64,000 nt of DNA, taken from positions 1,600,001 through 1,664,000 of the forward strand of contig CAWCYI010000004.1 in the NCBI GenBank assembly GCA_963799845.1, read 5' to 3'. Position numbers and translations under genes: made by a program. The notes beneath the pieces were generated by a model. That model had not been told where the DNA came from. It made no database searches and saw nothing but the letters and a program-made list of their open reading frames with translations. Origin of the DNA: an uncultured Nitrososphaerota archaeon. GTDB taxonomy: Archaea > Thermoproteota > Nitrososphaeria > Nitrososphaerales > CADDZS01. Positions 1 to 9,560 of the stretch are shown here, in pieces; the first letter of the stretch is position 1, and each line of letters begins with the position of its first letter.

Positions 1-688
1 ATGCCTTGCAGAACTCCTCGGGACCTATGTGCTCGTCACGGTCGGTCCCGGTTCCGTGATAGTCGCTTCTCTTTTTCCAAGCCTGGGCACAATAGACTCT
101 TTGCTGTTTGTCGCGTCGGCATTCGGCACTACAGTCGGGTTGATGATTTTGCTCCTCGGAAGACACTCCGGAGCTGTGATAAATCCCGCGATCACGTTCG
201 GCGCAACGGTTGCCAGGATTCTCAATTCGAAATATTTTGTTCCCTATCTGTTCTTTCAAGCTGTGGGAGGATTACTCGCAGGCCTTACGTTGAAAGAGTT
301 ATTCTCTTCGACAAATACCTCGACTTTCTTGGGTTCCACGAGACTCGCAAATGGAATCACTCCTATCTTAGGAATCGTACTTGAAGCAGCTGGGACATTT
401 GTCCTGGCACTGTCTGCTTTGATTGCATCCACCCGTCTGAAGAAGCCCGTATACCAGGGAGTTATGGTGGGTTCAACGCTTTTTATCTTGATCCTCCTTA
501 TCGGCCCACTTACCGGCGCCGGGTTCAATCCGGCGAGAAGCCTCGGGCCGTCAGTTGCATCCGGCTATTACGAAAATCTAGGAATTTATATCGCGGGGCC
601 GATACTGGGAGCGATGTTGGCTGGGCTTTTGTTCAGGGCAATGAAAAGCAATGTCAAGAAATCAACAAATATTATTTGTCTGTGTTGA
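1..688 (+). CDS. MIP/aquaporin-family channel, probably an arsenite channel (5'-truncated by window edge)
   Basis: Two NPA boxes (GAVINPAIT, GAGFNPARS); frame is open upstream of 29 (CLAELLGTYVLV, the MIP helix-1 motif); adjacent to arsC and arsM. Confidence 0.93.
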   Translation, partial: CLAELLGTYVLVTVGPGSVIVASLFPSLGTIDSLLFVASAFGTTVGLMILLLGRHSGAVINPAITFGATVARILNSKYFVPYLFFQAVGGLLAGLTLKELFSSTNTSTFLGSTRLANGITPILGIVLEAAGTFVLALSALIASTRLKKPVYQGVMVGSTLFILILLIGPLTGAGFNPARSLGPSVASGYYENLGIYIAGPILGAMLAGLLFRAMKSNVKKSTNIICLC

Positions 689-1067
689 AAACGCCGGGAG
701 GAGCCAGATGGCTCAGGCTTTCGCAAAGAAGTACGGTTTGAACTCTTTTAGCGCGGGAACCATGCCTTCAGAGAAGGTCAACGATACCGTCGTCATGGCG
801 ATGAAGGAAAAGGGAATTGACCTAACATCAAACAAACCCAAACTCCTCACGACCGAAATGATCAACCAGGCTACCCTCGTGATTACTATGGGCTGTTCCG
901 TCGCTGATGTCTGCCCAAAGCCGATGCTTGCTCAAATGCAGAAAAAGTTGATCGACTGGGAACTGGAAGATCCCAAGGGAAAGCCCATAGAGAAAGTGAG
1001 TCAGATCAGGGATGACATCGAGAGAAAAGTCAAAGAACTGGCTGGGAAAGAGGCTTTCTCGCCTTGA
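651..1067 (+). CDS. arsC: Arsenate reductase, LMW-PTP/thioredoxin type
   Basis: P-loop CVENAGRS, ITMGC..DVCP, WELEDP. Confidence 0.9.
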   Translation: MSRNQQILFVCVENAGRSQMAQAFAKKYGLNSFSAGTMPSEKVNDTVVMAMKEKGIDLTSNKPKLLTTEMINQATLVITMGCSVADVCPKPMLAQMQKKLIDWELEDPKGKPIEKVSQIRDDIERKVKELAGKEAFSP

Positions 1068-1806
1068 TGTGGCTGCTGAAAGTCTTGAACGCATACTCGT
1101 GCGAATCGGAGTTTTCTCGTACGCTGGAATCCTGAAGCGCTTCAATCTGAACATCCGAAAATCCGGCGGAAGTTAGAAGATCTCTGTACTTTGCGGTTGA
1201 AATCGCGCCGCTGACGCAGGCAGACCAGGAATCCATGTTTGCCCTGGCAGTATCCGGAATTTCTTCATCCACCGTAATGTCAGCTACTGCAAGAATTCCG
1301 TTTGGCTTCAACACCCTGAAGACTTCCTCGAACACCCTTCTCTTGTCAGGCGAGAGATTGATCACGCAGTTTGAGACGACATAATCGATGCTGTTAGATT
1401 GAATCGGGAGATTTTCGATCTCGCCCAGTCTAAATTCCACGTTCCTGTATTTTCCTCCATACTTTCCGGCAGTCTCCCGCGCGCGCAAGATCATTTCGGG
1501 AGTTGCGTCAACCCCAATCGCCCTTCCCGATTCACCAACAAGCTGGGATGCCCTAAACACATCTATCCCCCCGCCGCTACCCAGGTCCAGCACCGTGTCT
1601 CCTTCCTTTGGATTTATGAGAAGCAGTGGAGATCCGCACCCGGCATTTATCGACACTGCCTCAGCTGGAATACTCTCTCCAATCGAGATTAACTGCGAAC
1701 CGCCGCAACAACCATCATCGCCACAAGTGGAATCATCGGACATCGCCAATCTGCCATATCTTTCTCTGACTGCCTTCCTCACGTCCAGTTCAGAATTATC
1801 CGGCAT
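1030..1806 (-). CDS. arsM: Arsenite S-adenosylmethionine methyltransferase
   Basis: SAM motif VLDLGSGGG; conserved Cys in AGCGSP, SNCVINL, WSACVSGA; N-terminal CGDDGCC. Confidence 0.92.
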   Translation of the reverse strand: MPDNSELDVRKAVRERYGRLAMSDDSTCGDDGCCGGSQLISIGESIPAEAVSINAGCGSPLLLINPKEGDTVLDLGSGGGIDVFRASQLVGESGRAIGVDATPEMILRARETAGKYGGKYRNVEFRLGEIENLPIQSNSIDYVVSNCVINLSPDKRRVFEEVFRVLKPNGILAVADITVDEEIPDTARANMDSWSACVSGAISTAKYRDLLTSAGFSDVQIEALQDSSVRENSDSHEYAFKTFSSHIKARKPLSQPVL

Positions 1807-1837
1807 TTTCTACACCTAACTAACGCGAACAGGGCTC

Positions 1838-2071
1838 TTATTGACTACCAGAAAATCCCGCGTATTTGCCGTCTTTCAATTTCTCGATGACTCGATGCAC
1901 TGCGAGCCTTCGCAGAATCCGGGATAGCACCTCCTGATGCAGCTCCGAATTGCGCTTCAGCTCGGAAAAAGAAACTGGCGTTGAATTTGTGCAAATATCA
2001 TTGCAGACTTCGTATTCCCTGTCAGTCAGCTCGACGCAATTTCCGGTAATTGAGTTGCAGCAAAATGGCAT
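1838..2071 (-). CDS. Small winged-helix DNA-binding protein with Cys-rich N-terminus
   Basis: wHTH-like SFSELKRNSELHQEVLSRILRRL; 5 Cys (CC at residues 4-5); directly upstream of arsM on the same strand. Confidence 0.7.
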   Translation of the reverse strand: MPFCCNSITGNCVELTDREYEVCNDICTNSTPVSFSELKRNSELHQEVLSRILRRLAVHRVIEKLKDGKYAGFSGSQ

Positions 2072-2375
2072 TGAACTTACTCGGTGCTGACTGATATTTA
2101 TTGACTACATTAATGATCTTCCAGAGGCTGATAGGGCGCTTGGCTGGCCAGATTCTCCCAGTTCTCTCCGCAATTCTGTCAAAACCGCCTTCAAGAATCG
2201 AGTTATTTTCTTGCAAGATCTTTGGCAGTTTTTAAAACTAGTTCCCTTTGATTCTTAAACGAAGGAGCGATTAACATGCGTCTGGTTTCTAAAAATTACT
2301 CGGTAGCATGATTTAGTCTTATGAGACGATTTTGCAAAAGATGCAAACCCTGCCTACTCTCACGTGGGAAGTCGA

Positions 2376-2404
2376 AAGGGGGAGATAACTTGAATCTCCC
2401 TCTT
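2376..2404. terminator. Intergenic hairpin, possible terminator
   Basis: AAGGGGGAGAT-N7-ATCTCCCTCTT, 11-bp stem just past the stop of 2422..3912. Confidence 0.35.
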
Positions 2405-2421
2405 ACCTTACGAGTCTCCTA

Positions 2422-3912
2422 TTAGGAAGATGAGAAGTATATCTGCGAGTTTGCAGTTGAGGAAGGCTGATACTGCCAACAGGCGAATGCGGCGGAGCCG
2501 AAGCTCATTACCCAGCCCGTCGAAACATCATTGGCGTTTGCCGCAGTTCCCGTTGGATTGTTCGAGATATTAATCCCTGGCGCCGCTACAAAACTGGAAC
2601 CGTTGTTGGTGCTGTACGAAGCATAAGTTACCCAGTGGCCGTTTGAGACTTCCCTTCCCCAGATTGCGAAAACGTCGTTGCCCGCTGATGCTACGTTCAA
2701 TGATGTGCCGATGTCTGTCGAAGTACCGCTGATGGCTATCGGGCTTCCGAAAGTAGTGGCTTGATTATTCGAGACGTAGACATAGTTCTGCGCTGAGCCG
2801 CTGGCCGGGTGAACTGTCACCGTGATGTAAACATTGTTACCCCAAGCAGCTATCTTTGGCCCCCACGTGTCCGTCAGTGTTTTACTTAGTTCTGTCGCCG
2901 CACTGAATGTGGCGCCAGAGTCCCTGCTTACCACGTATTGAACCATGCTCGCACTAGTCTTCGTCTCCCAGGCGGCGTACACATTGTTGCCCCACGCTGC
3001 TATCCATGACTCGGACATCGTCACTGGCAGGCCGCCGGGGTTACCGGAGTTTCCTGGTATGGTTCTATCTGACCACGTCAGACCATTGTTGTTACTAACA
3101 ACGAGTCCCTGGTTCGAGATGCCGTAAGCGTTCGAACCCCACGCCGCAAGCTGCGGCTCGTGGAATAAACCGTAGTTGAACGTTGGATACCAACTTACGC
3201 CCGCGTTGCTGCTGCCCTCCACGTATGATAAGCTGCCGCATGCTTCAGCTACGTAGACATCATTCCCCCACGATGCGATGACGGGCGTTAGACACTGAAG
3301 CGATGCCTCGCCGTCAATGTCCTTGGGTGTGCTGAACGTTGCACCATAATTGGTGCTGACAGTGAAGAATATTTGCTGAACGGCACCGACGTTTTGGGTC
3401 CACGCGACATACACGTTCGAACCGTTTGCAGAAATTACAGGATATTGTCGACCACCCGTACCCGAACTGATTTTGAGCGATGGAGAGGCTAGCGGGGGAC
3501 TCCAACTCCCACTGGTGCCATTATCGGAGCCTGCCCTAAAGAATATGCCTCCCTTTCCTTCGGTCCAAACTACGTACACGTGACTTCCCACATTGGCGTC
3601 CATGGGCTCTATCGCGCTTCCCTTATCGTTACTCAAATTAAATGCAGATGAAAAGACAGGAGCGGCAATAGCTGAAACAGACGACGAGGCATATGCCGAT
3701 CCAAGAAATAAGAGGGACAAAACGAGAAAAAGTGATGCCAAACTTGCCGATAGTGGGGCTGAAAATCGTGGTTCCATATGTTTCACTTGTACTAACCGCA
3801 ACATTTTCTCTTTTCTCATCCATTGACTTTCATCGGACAACTTTAGCGGTAAAGAACCGGACATAACTTTTGATATCCCGTCTCGACCGACAAATGAGCT
3901 CGTATTTATCAT
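2422..3912 (-). CDS. Exported Asp-box/BNR-repeat beta-propeller protein (sialidase-like fold); true start probably ~3777
   Basis: Signal/TM segment then repeated SxN/DxGxTF/W boxes (STNYGATFS, SNNNGLTWS, SRDSGATFS, STNNGSSFV). Confidence 0.8.
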   Translation of the reverse strand: MINTSSFVGRDGISKVMSGSLPLKLSDESQWMRKEKMLRLVQVKHMEPRFSAPLSASLASLFLVLSLLFLGSAYASSSVSAIAAPVFSSAFNLSNDKGSAIEPMDANVGSHVYVVWTEGKGGIFFRAGSDNGTSGSWSPPLASPSLKISSGTGGRQYPVISANGSNVYVAWTQNVGAVQQIFFTVSTNYGATFSTPKDIDGEASLQCLTPVIASWGNDVYVAEACGSLSYVEGSSNAGVSWYPTFNYGLFHEPQLAAWGSNAYGISNQGLVVSNNNGLTWSDRTIPGNSGNPGGLPVTMSESWIAAWGNNVYAAWETKTSASMVQYVVSRDSGATFSAATELSKTLTDTWGPKIAAWGNNVYITVTVHPASGSAQNYVYVSNNQATTFGSPIAISGTSTDIGTSLNVASAGNDVFAIWGREVSNGHWVTYASYSTNNGSSFVAAPGINISNNPTGTAANANDVSTGWVMSFGSAAFACWQYQPSSTANSQIYFSSS

Positions 3913-4074
3913 GGCCTATCGAAATACGATACTTATCTAGATCAACCGTCACCGGATCCTAGTCGTGGTTTATTGCCAAGGCATCTCCAACGCAAGAGAA
4001 AAAAGATCTAGCCGCCTTCAAAGGATGTGGACTGTTCTCTTCTGCATCTCTTCATCTATACCTCGATCCATATC

Positions 4075-4425
4075 TCACTTTGGAAGAGAATCACCGGGAA
4101 AACTTCGTGTTGGATGAATTTCGTAGACGAAGATGCCAGCTTTCACGCCCAGGTCATCGTCGTATATCCTTCTTGTCTCCTCCAGATCCGTCGCGAAAAC
4201 GCCGACACCGCTTACGTCGCTCTCGTCCCTGATGGCGCAAATCACGCAGAGTTTCCCGTCTCTGCGCAGCTCAAAGTTCCTGCGACCGTGCTCGCGGACG
4301 ATTTTGTCCATGCCAGGCTCGCTAAACTTGGCAGTCTTGTGCAAAATCATGACAGTGAACGGCCTGGTCTTCCCCAGCATTTCCTGCATGTAGGCGTCGG
4401 TGATTGGCTGAGGTGTAGCGGACAA
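4075..4425 (-). CDS. YciI-like dimeric alpha/beta-barrel protein
   Basis: Pattern EH....L...GKL..., GVFAT..EE......DD.GVKAG.F.YEIHP. Confidence 0.65.
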   Translation of the reverse strand: MSATPQPITDAYMQEMLGKTRPFTVMILHKTAKFSEPGMDKIVREHGRRNFELRRDGKLCVICAIRDESDVSGVGVFATDLEETRRIYDDDLGVKAGIFVYEIHPTRSFPGDSLPK

Positions 4426-4441
4426 GTTGTTTGAAACGCTC

Positions 4442-4843
4442 CTAAGCCAGTTGCGAGAACTCCCCCATGATGATTGGGTGCTCGGTTGTCAACTGCGAAA
4501 GTTCTCCCCACAGAGGCCCAGCTTCTGCATCATTCCCAATTTCAGCGACGATTCTCGCGAATTCACTCGCGTCTTGGTAGGAATCCACTTCGATCCAGAC
4601 TTCTTCGTCCGCCGTTGTGCCCAGAGGTTTCTCGAAGCTGGAGAATCCCTCAAAGACGTTTGTCTTACCCAACTGGTAGATTCTCGATCCCAGCATTCCG
4701 TGCCTCTTGTATATCCTGCGCAGTTTTTCTTGCAGGTCCAGCAAGGCTTTGTGATTTCTCTTCGATATTCTGTACACGAAGATCTGCGAGTAGGTGCCGC
4801 TTTCTATTTTCTCGTTCTTCAATCCTGTGCTTGATTGAGTCAT
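4442..4843 (-). CDS. DUF1428-like / antibiotic-biosynthesis-monooxygenase-fold protein
   Basis: Family-like pattern (FVYRI.K.N......., EEVWIEVDSY, IIMGEF); divergent from the HxlR regulator. Confidence 0.55.
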   Translation of the reverse strand: MTQSSTGLKNEKIESGTYSQIFVYRISKRNHKALLDLQEKLRRIYKRHGMLGSRIYQLGKTNVFEGFSSFEKPLGTTADEEVWIEVDSYQDASEFARIVAEIGNDAEAGPLWGELSQLTTEHPIIMGEFSQLA

Positions 4844-4875
4844 GGTCCCCAGTATACAAATGATATTAGTTAAAT

Positions 4876-5340
4876 ATGGAAGGAACCAAAAGTATAGCGG
4901 TATTTAATTTGGACGATCTTGAATCGCGGGATGAAGAACCGCCTCTCCTTCCGTCGGTCAAATTCCAGAACTGTCCAATAAGGACAAGCCTCGGGGTGCT
5001 GGGAAAGAAATGGACGCTCCTCGTACTCCGAGACATTGCTTTTCTGAAGATTCAGAGGTTCAACCAGATTCTGCGTTCGCTACCGGGACTGACCCCGAGG
5101 GTCCTTATTATGAGACTCAACGAGCTCGAAGAGACGGGACTAATCGAGCCTGTAATCATCCAACGCAGACCCAAATTGGTGCGCTGGGTTCTGACGCAAA
5201 AGGGGAAAGACACCGTTCCAATCCTCATGAGCTTTATCTCTTACGGTGTGAAGTGGTATCCGGATGTCGTGTTTGAGGATAAGCAGGCGCGCACTGTGAA
5301 GGAACTATTCCCAAAGATGCCCTCGATCAAGATCAATTGA
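4876..5340 (+). CDS. HxlR-family winged-helix transcriptional regulator
   Basis: CPI..SL.VLGKKWTLLVLRD, RFNQI, L.ELEE.GL. Confidence 0.9.
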   Translation: MEGTKSIAVFNLDDLESRDEEPPLLPSVKFQNCPIRTSLGVLGKKWTLLVLRDIAFLKIQRFNQILRSLPGLTPRVLIMRLNELEETGLIEPVIIQRRPKLVRWVLTQKGKDTVPILMSFISYGVKWYPDVVFEDKQARTVKELFPKMPSIKIN

Positions 5341-5401
5341 ATGAGTTCGAAGAAGAGTTCGTAGCTTCAGGATCTAACAATTACGATCCAGTATTGTTGC
5401 A

Positions 5402-6679
5402 TCAAGTCTTCGGTACTCTTGCACTTCGAGTTAATCTGAGTCTCAAAAATCTGAGTGAAAGGCCGACAATCAATGTCGCGATCCCGATCGCCAGTTCTAT
5501 TGGTGCCAAGGAAAAAGCGAGTGCGAGGCAGCCGATCAATCCTGCCACCGATAGCGCTTGGGGAAATGTCCTTTGATCTTTTTTCAAGCGGAGTGCAGAT
5601 AGGTTGGCGATAGTGTAGTATAGCAGCGTCCCGAAGCTGGAAATAGCGACCGCACCTGCAAATGGAGCAAACGCTGCGACTATTATCGCAACCACTCCGA
5701 CAAGAAGAACGCTCCGCCACGGATTCTGATCTGCGCCCAGCTTTGAGAAATTCCTGGGCAGATCGCTCTGCCTGCTCATTGCAAATGCCACACGGGAAAC
5801 GCCTAACAGGTCGGACAACCCCTCGTTGAAAGTCGTGAGCAGCGCTCCGGCAGCGATTATCACGATACCGATTCCGCTACCAACGGCAATCATGGTGGCT
5901 TCAAGTGGAGAGGTCGACTTGGCGAGAGCCGGCGCACCCAAGACTCCCAGGGCAGTTATTGCGACAAGGATGTAGAGTGTAGTCGCCGTTCCGAGTGCCG
6001 CGACCGTGGCCCGCGGGATAGTGTATCTCGGATTATGAACTTCCTCGACGAGAGTCGCAATTCGGCTGTACCCGGTATATGCAAAGAAGAGTAGTGCAGT
6101 CGCGCGCAAAATACCTCTGATACCATAAGGCGCGAAAGGCGATAGATTGGAAGAAAGGTGTGTCTGCGGTAGTCCGATGACGACAAACGCCAGGAGCGAT
6201 AGAATCGAAAGGATCACAACGACGTCAGTGATGCGAACCGAGCGACGGATTCCCGCTGCGTTGATCGAGGTCATGACGAGCGCCGCGATGACTGCCGCCA
6301 CCCGCGCCGGAACAATCCCCCAGACCGCATTCACGTAACCTCCGAATGCCAGAGCAATCACTCCTGGCCCTACGGTATTTGCGACCAGGAACATCCAGCC
6401 GGCGCTGTATCCCCACCATTCGCCGAGCAGTCTCCTCCCAAATTCGTACGTTCCGCCTGTTCTGGGAAGTACCGCTGCCATCTGGGCGGATGAAATAGCA
6501 TTGCAGAATGCCACGAATGCTGCAATCACCAGTGAAATCAAAAGGGCAGGCCCAGCGATCCCGGCAGCCGGAGCAATCACGGCGAAAATCCCCGCGCCAA
6601 GGATGGCTGCAAGGCCGGTTGCAATTGCATCAAAAAAATTGAGCTGGGGCTTGAGAACGGGCTCCTTATTTTCCCCCAT
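5402..6679 (-). CDS. APC-superfamily amino acid permease
   Basis: About 12 TM segments; ILGAGIF, GGTY, FFAYTGY motifs. Confidence 0.92.
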   Translation of the reverse strand: MGENKEPVLKPQLNFFDAIATGLAAILGAGIFAVIAPAAGIAGPALLISLVIAAFVAFCNAISSAQMAAVLPRTGGTYEFGRRLLGEWWGYSAGWMFLVANTVGPGVIALAFGGYVNAVWGIVPARVAAVIAALVMTSINAAGIRRSVRITDVVVILSILSLLAFVVIGLPQTHLSSNLSPFAPYGIRGILRATALLFFAYTGYSRIATLVEEVHNPRYTIPRATVAALGTATTLYILVAITALGVLGAPALAKSTSPLEATMIAVGSGIGIVIIAAGALLTTFNEGLSDLLGVSRVAFAMSRQSDLPRNFSKLGADQNPWRSVLLVGVVAIIVAAFAPFAGAVAISSFGTLLYYTIANLSALRLKKDQRTFPQALSVAGLIGCLALAFSLAPIELAIGIATLIVGLSLRFLRLRLTRSARVPKT

Positions 6680-6724
6680 GGCCTGTCCAGCAGGCTTGCC
6701 GATTGAAACTAAAAGATATCGTTC

Positions 6725-7156
6725 TTACGGACGTTTGCGATAACTTGGGATGACCTGTTCTTCGAGCAGCCTGTCAATATAGCTGCTTTCGCCCGAACGC
6801 TTGGGATTGGAATATTGGTTCACAAGAATTCCAGAAAATACCGTTCCCGGCAAAACTACTGCTAGGGATTTTGGAAACTTCAATATCCGTCTAATCAGGC
6901 GAGAGACGAAATTCAGCTTTGACAAGTCAACTACTTTCATTGGAATGCCGGAAGAATGAGCAAACCTTTCAGCATGCTCGAGTACCAATTTTTGAATTTC
7001 ATCAAGTCGATCTTCAAACTGTATTGAGCTTCTCGAAGATTTCACAAATCCAACAATCGACGGAGAATAATATTCCAAGAGGACGGCTCGACTGGGTACT
7101 TTCCTCGATTTGATGTAGACCTTTATGAAATCTTTAGATTTGCTCATTTTTTCCAC
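6725..7156 (-). CDS. Hypothetical protein
   Basis: 143-aa ORF filling the gap, divergent from the Bat-type regulator. Confidence 0.55.
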   Translation of the reverse strand: MEKMSKSKDFIKVYIKSRKVPSRAVLLEYYSPSIVGFVKSSRSSIQFEDRLDEIQKLVLEHAERFAHSSGIPMKVVDLSKLNFVSRLIRRILKFPKSLAVVLPGTVFSGILVNQYSNPKRSGESSYIDRLLEEQVIPSYRKRP

Positions 7157-7312
7157 TAGAACCCAACGTGAACTTCTTTCACACTAGTCTTTTGCGCCGT
7201 CTTATGTCGGCGAAATCAAGTCAATCTAATGACAAATCTCTGTCCAGCGTACGCCGATATCAGTGATATATACTGAAAATCGGAATCAAAACATAACCAA
7301 GGGATTGATTCC

Positions 7313-8073
7313 GTGACTCTTTACGAAATCGCCTTCAAACTGCAGCATGACTGCCCCTACAATGATCTGAGCAGGAAGTTGCCGGAGATTACCTTCGCGC
7401 ACTGGTGCAACCGCGAAAGAGACGTCATAGAGATCTCGTGCGAAGATGAGGATCTCGCTGCATTTGAGGAGTTGCAAAAGGATCTACGGAGCCTTGAGCG
7501 TTCGCTCTCCGTCAAGATTATGGGAAAGTCCTTCGGCATCCGGAGCGCTCAACTCGTCACTGGGAGCTGTCACTGCAACGAGATAAGAAAGAGCGTCTCG
7601 CCCGCCATTGAAAGGCACAACTGCCTCCGGATGGAACCGCTTCTATACAAACACGGATGGGAGTGGTACCGAATCATTGTGTTCAAGCAGCGAGACATCA
7701 AGGAACTCTTTGAAGAGCTCGAAGGTTTCACGAATTTTCAGATAATTTCGAGGAGAACAATCGAGGAGACCACGTCAAAGAGTCATTCGTTCTTTCGCCG
7801 GGGAGTATATTGGGGCAGCTCACGAAAAAGCAATCATACGCTCTAATTACCGCGCTTTCTCGCGGATACTACGAGATTCCGAAGAAAGTTTCGACGGACG
7901 AAATTACAAAGAGCCTGGATCTTCCTCGCACGACATTTGAAGAGCACCTGCGAAAGGCGGAGAGCAAGGTTATGAAGGCCCTTGCCCCACTTCTGGAACT
8001 TGCGAGCTTCAACGATTTTTCGAGAGCAAATCCAAAGAAGTTAGAAATGTTCATTCCGGAATTGACAGAGTAA
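7313..8073 (+). CDS. Bacterio-opsin activator (Bat/HTH_10) family regulator, frameshifted near 7800
   Basis: N-terminal HDCPY domain plus C-terminal LTKKQ..AL..A...GYYEIPKKVS...I...L....TFEEHLRKAE in a second frame. Confidence 0.85.
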
Positions 8074-8141
8074 TCCAAAGCCCGTCTTAAGACGGCAGTA
8101 TACGTATCCCTAGAGGATCGCAAGAATACCTCAGAACGAAT

Positions 8142-8357
8142 ATGGAGACAATTCAAAAAATGGGACCGCCACCGCTCACCAAATCCCAGGAAGAGCTGCT
8201 GCAAATTGTGATGAATTCACGTTCGGTCTCCGTTTCTGAATTCCCGGATAGAGTTGAAGACATGCGGGAGCTGATTGCAAAGGGATGTGTCAAGCTAAGG
8301 ATAGTCGCTTATACATGGGGTGTGGACTATGAATTGATCCCAAATCTTAGGATGTAG
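8142..8357 (+). CDS. Small hypothetical protein (possibly wHTH)
   Basis: 71-aa ORF with ATG. Confidence 0.5.
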   Translation: METIQKMGPPPLTKSQEELLQIVMNSRSVSVSEFPDRVEDMRELIAKGCVKLRIVAYTWGVDYELIPNLRM

Positions 8358-8512
8358 CTTTAAGGAATTTGAAATATTCTTTCCTATATCAGAGATCTTC
8401 ATTTTCATCTTGTGATGAATCGATAGGTTTGGACTGATCTCGACCTCTAGACGACAAATTCCAACGAAATGCTTTAACGAAAGCTAATCCGTTGATACCC
8501 CGCGAGTAATTC

Positions 8513-8750
8513 TTGACCGCCAAAGCATTCTTGCTGATCAGTGCTGAGCTGAGGACGTGAAAGAGATGTCGTTATGGAGTTGCAATCGATCCAAAACGTA
8601 CGGGAGGTGCACGTAACCTATGGAGTCTACGATGTCATTGCGAAAGTAGAGGCCGAAAGCCCGCAAAAGCTCAAGGACACAATTACCAACCAAATTAGGT
8701 CATTGGAGTACATCAAATCGACCCTTACAATGGTAGTCGTGGAAGAATGA
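8513..8750 (+). CDS. Stand-alone Lrp/AsnC ligand-binding (RAM) domain protein, +1 indel near 8552; absent from the ORF track
   Basis: Manual translation: MTAKAFLLISAEL/GRERDVVMELQSIQNVREVHVTYGVYDVIAKVEAESPQKLKDTITNQIRSLEYIKSTLTMVVVEE. Confidence 0.85.
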
Positions 8751-8897
8751 TTGTTAACCCCTAAGTAGGTTCTAGTTTAGTGATGTAAGGGGAATCGATT
8801 CTAATGCCAAGTCTATTTTAACGATGCCACCAACCTACACGTCGATTTGCAATAGAGATATGGAAGCAAGTTCGAGAATCAACCAGACCTAATGTAA

Positions 8898-9299
8898 ATG
8901 AGCAGCACAGACTCGACAAGCCTCTACATTGCTATTATCGCTTTATTGATAGGAGTCCTAGGACTGCCTCCGCTTTACAAAGAGATGTTCGACCGCAGGA
9001 AGGAACGAAATAAAGTCACTTTTACATTTGAGAAATTCATGGAAAATGGTGACACTTTCCTCCGTGTGCATAACCCCGACAAACTGATCAGGCACCTGAT
9101 CATATTTTGCGATGGGACACCATGTCTACCCAAAGATAACCCATCTAAATCAGGAAGATTTGACATTCAGATTGTTGTTGGAGGCGGAGCAAATTTCGCA
9201 CTGCCTAATTATTTCAACTCTCAATCAAAAATAGTTGTAAAAGACGGCGACAAAAAACTAGAGGAGTTTATTTTCAAGAATATTCCAGAAGCACGGTAA
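8898..9299 (+). CDS. Hypothetical protein with an N-terminal TM helix
   Basis: Hydrophobic LYIAIIALLIGVLGL; AT-rich. Confidence 0.6.
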   Translation: MSSTDSTSLYIAIIALLIGVLGLPPLYKEMFDRRKERNKVTFTFEKFMENGDTFLRVHNPDKLIRHLIIFCDGTPCLPKDNPSKSGRFDIQIVVGGGANFALPNYFNSQSKIVVKDGDKKLEEFIFKNIPEAR

Positions 9300-9303
9300 A
9301 ATC

Positions 9304-9507
9304 ATGGCTACAAAAAAGAAGACTGAAGAAGGTATCAGGATTCAACATTGGGATTTAATTAACTCACAATTAGGGATGCTTTGATTAATGCCAACGTCTC
9401 CGAGAACGGACTTGCAGAAAATGATTTAGGAAATCGAAGATAATTTTCAAAACGAATTCATGTCAAGTTTTGAATCGGGTAATCTGGTTGAAAAGACAAA
9501 GACTTGA
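9304..9507 (+). pseudogene. Possible decayed small ORF
   Basis: ATG 4 nt after the previous stop; 68-codon frame with two internal stops. Confidence 0.25.
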
Positions 9508-9560
9508 GAGCTTAATGGATATCCGTTTAGGGCTTAGTTAATTCATTGAGGTACAAAAGC

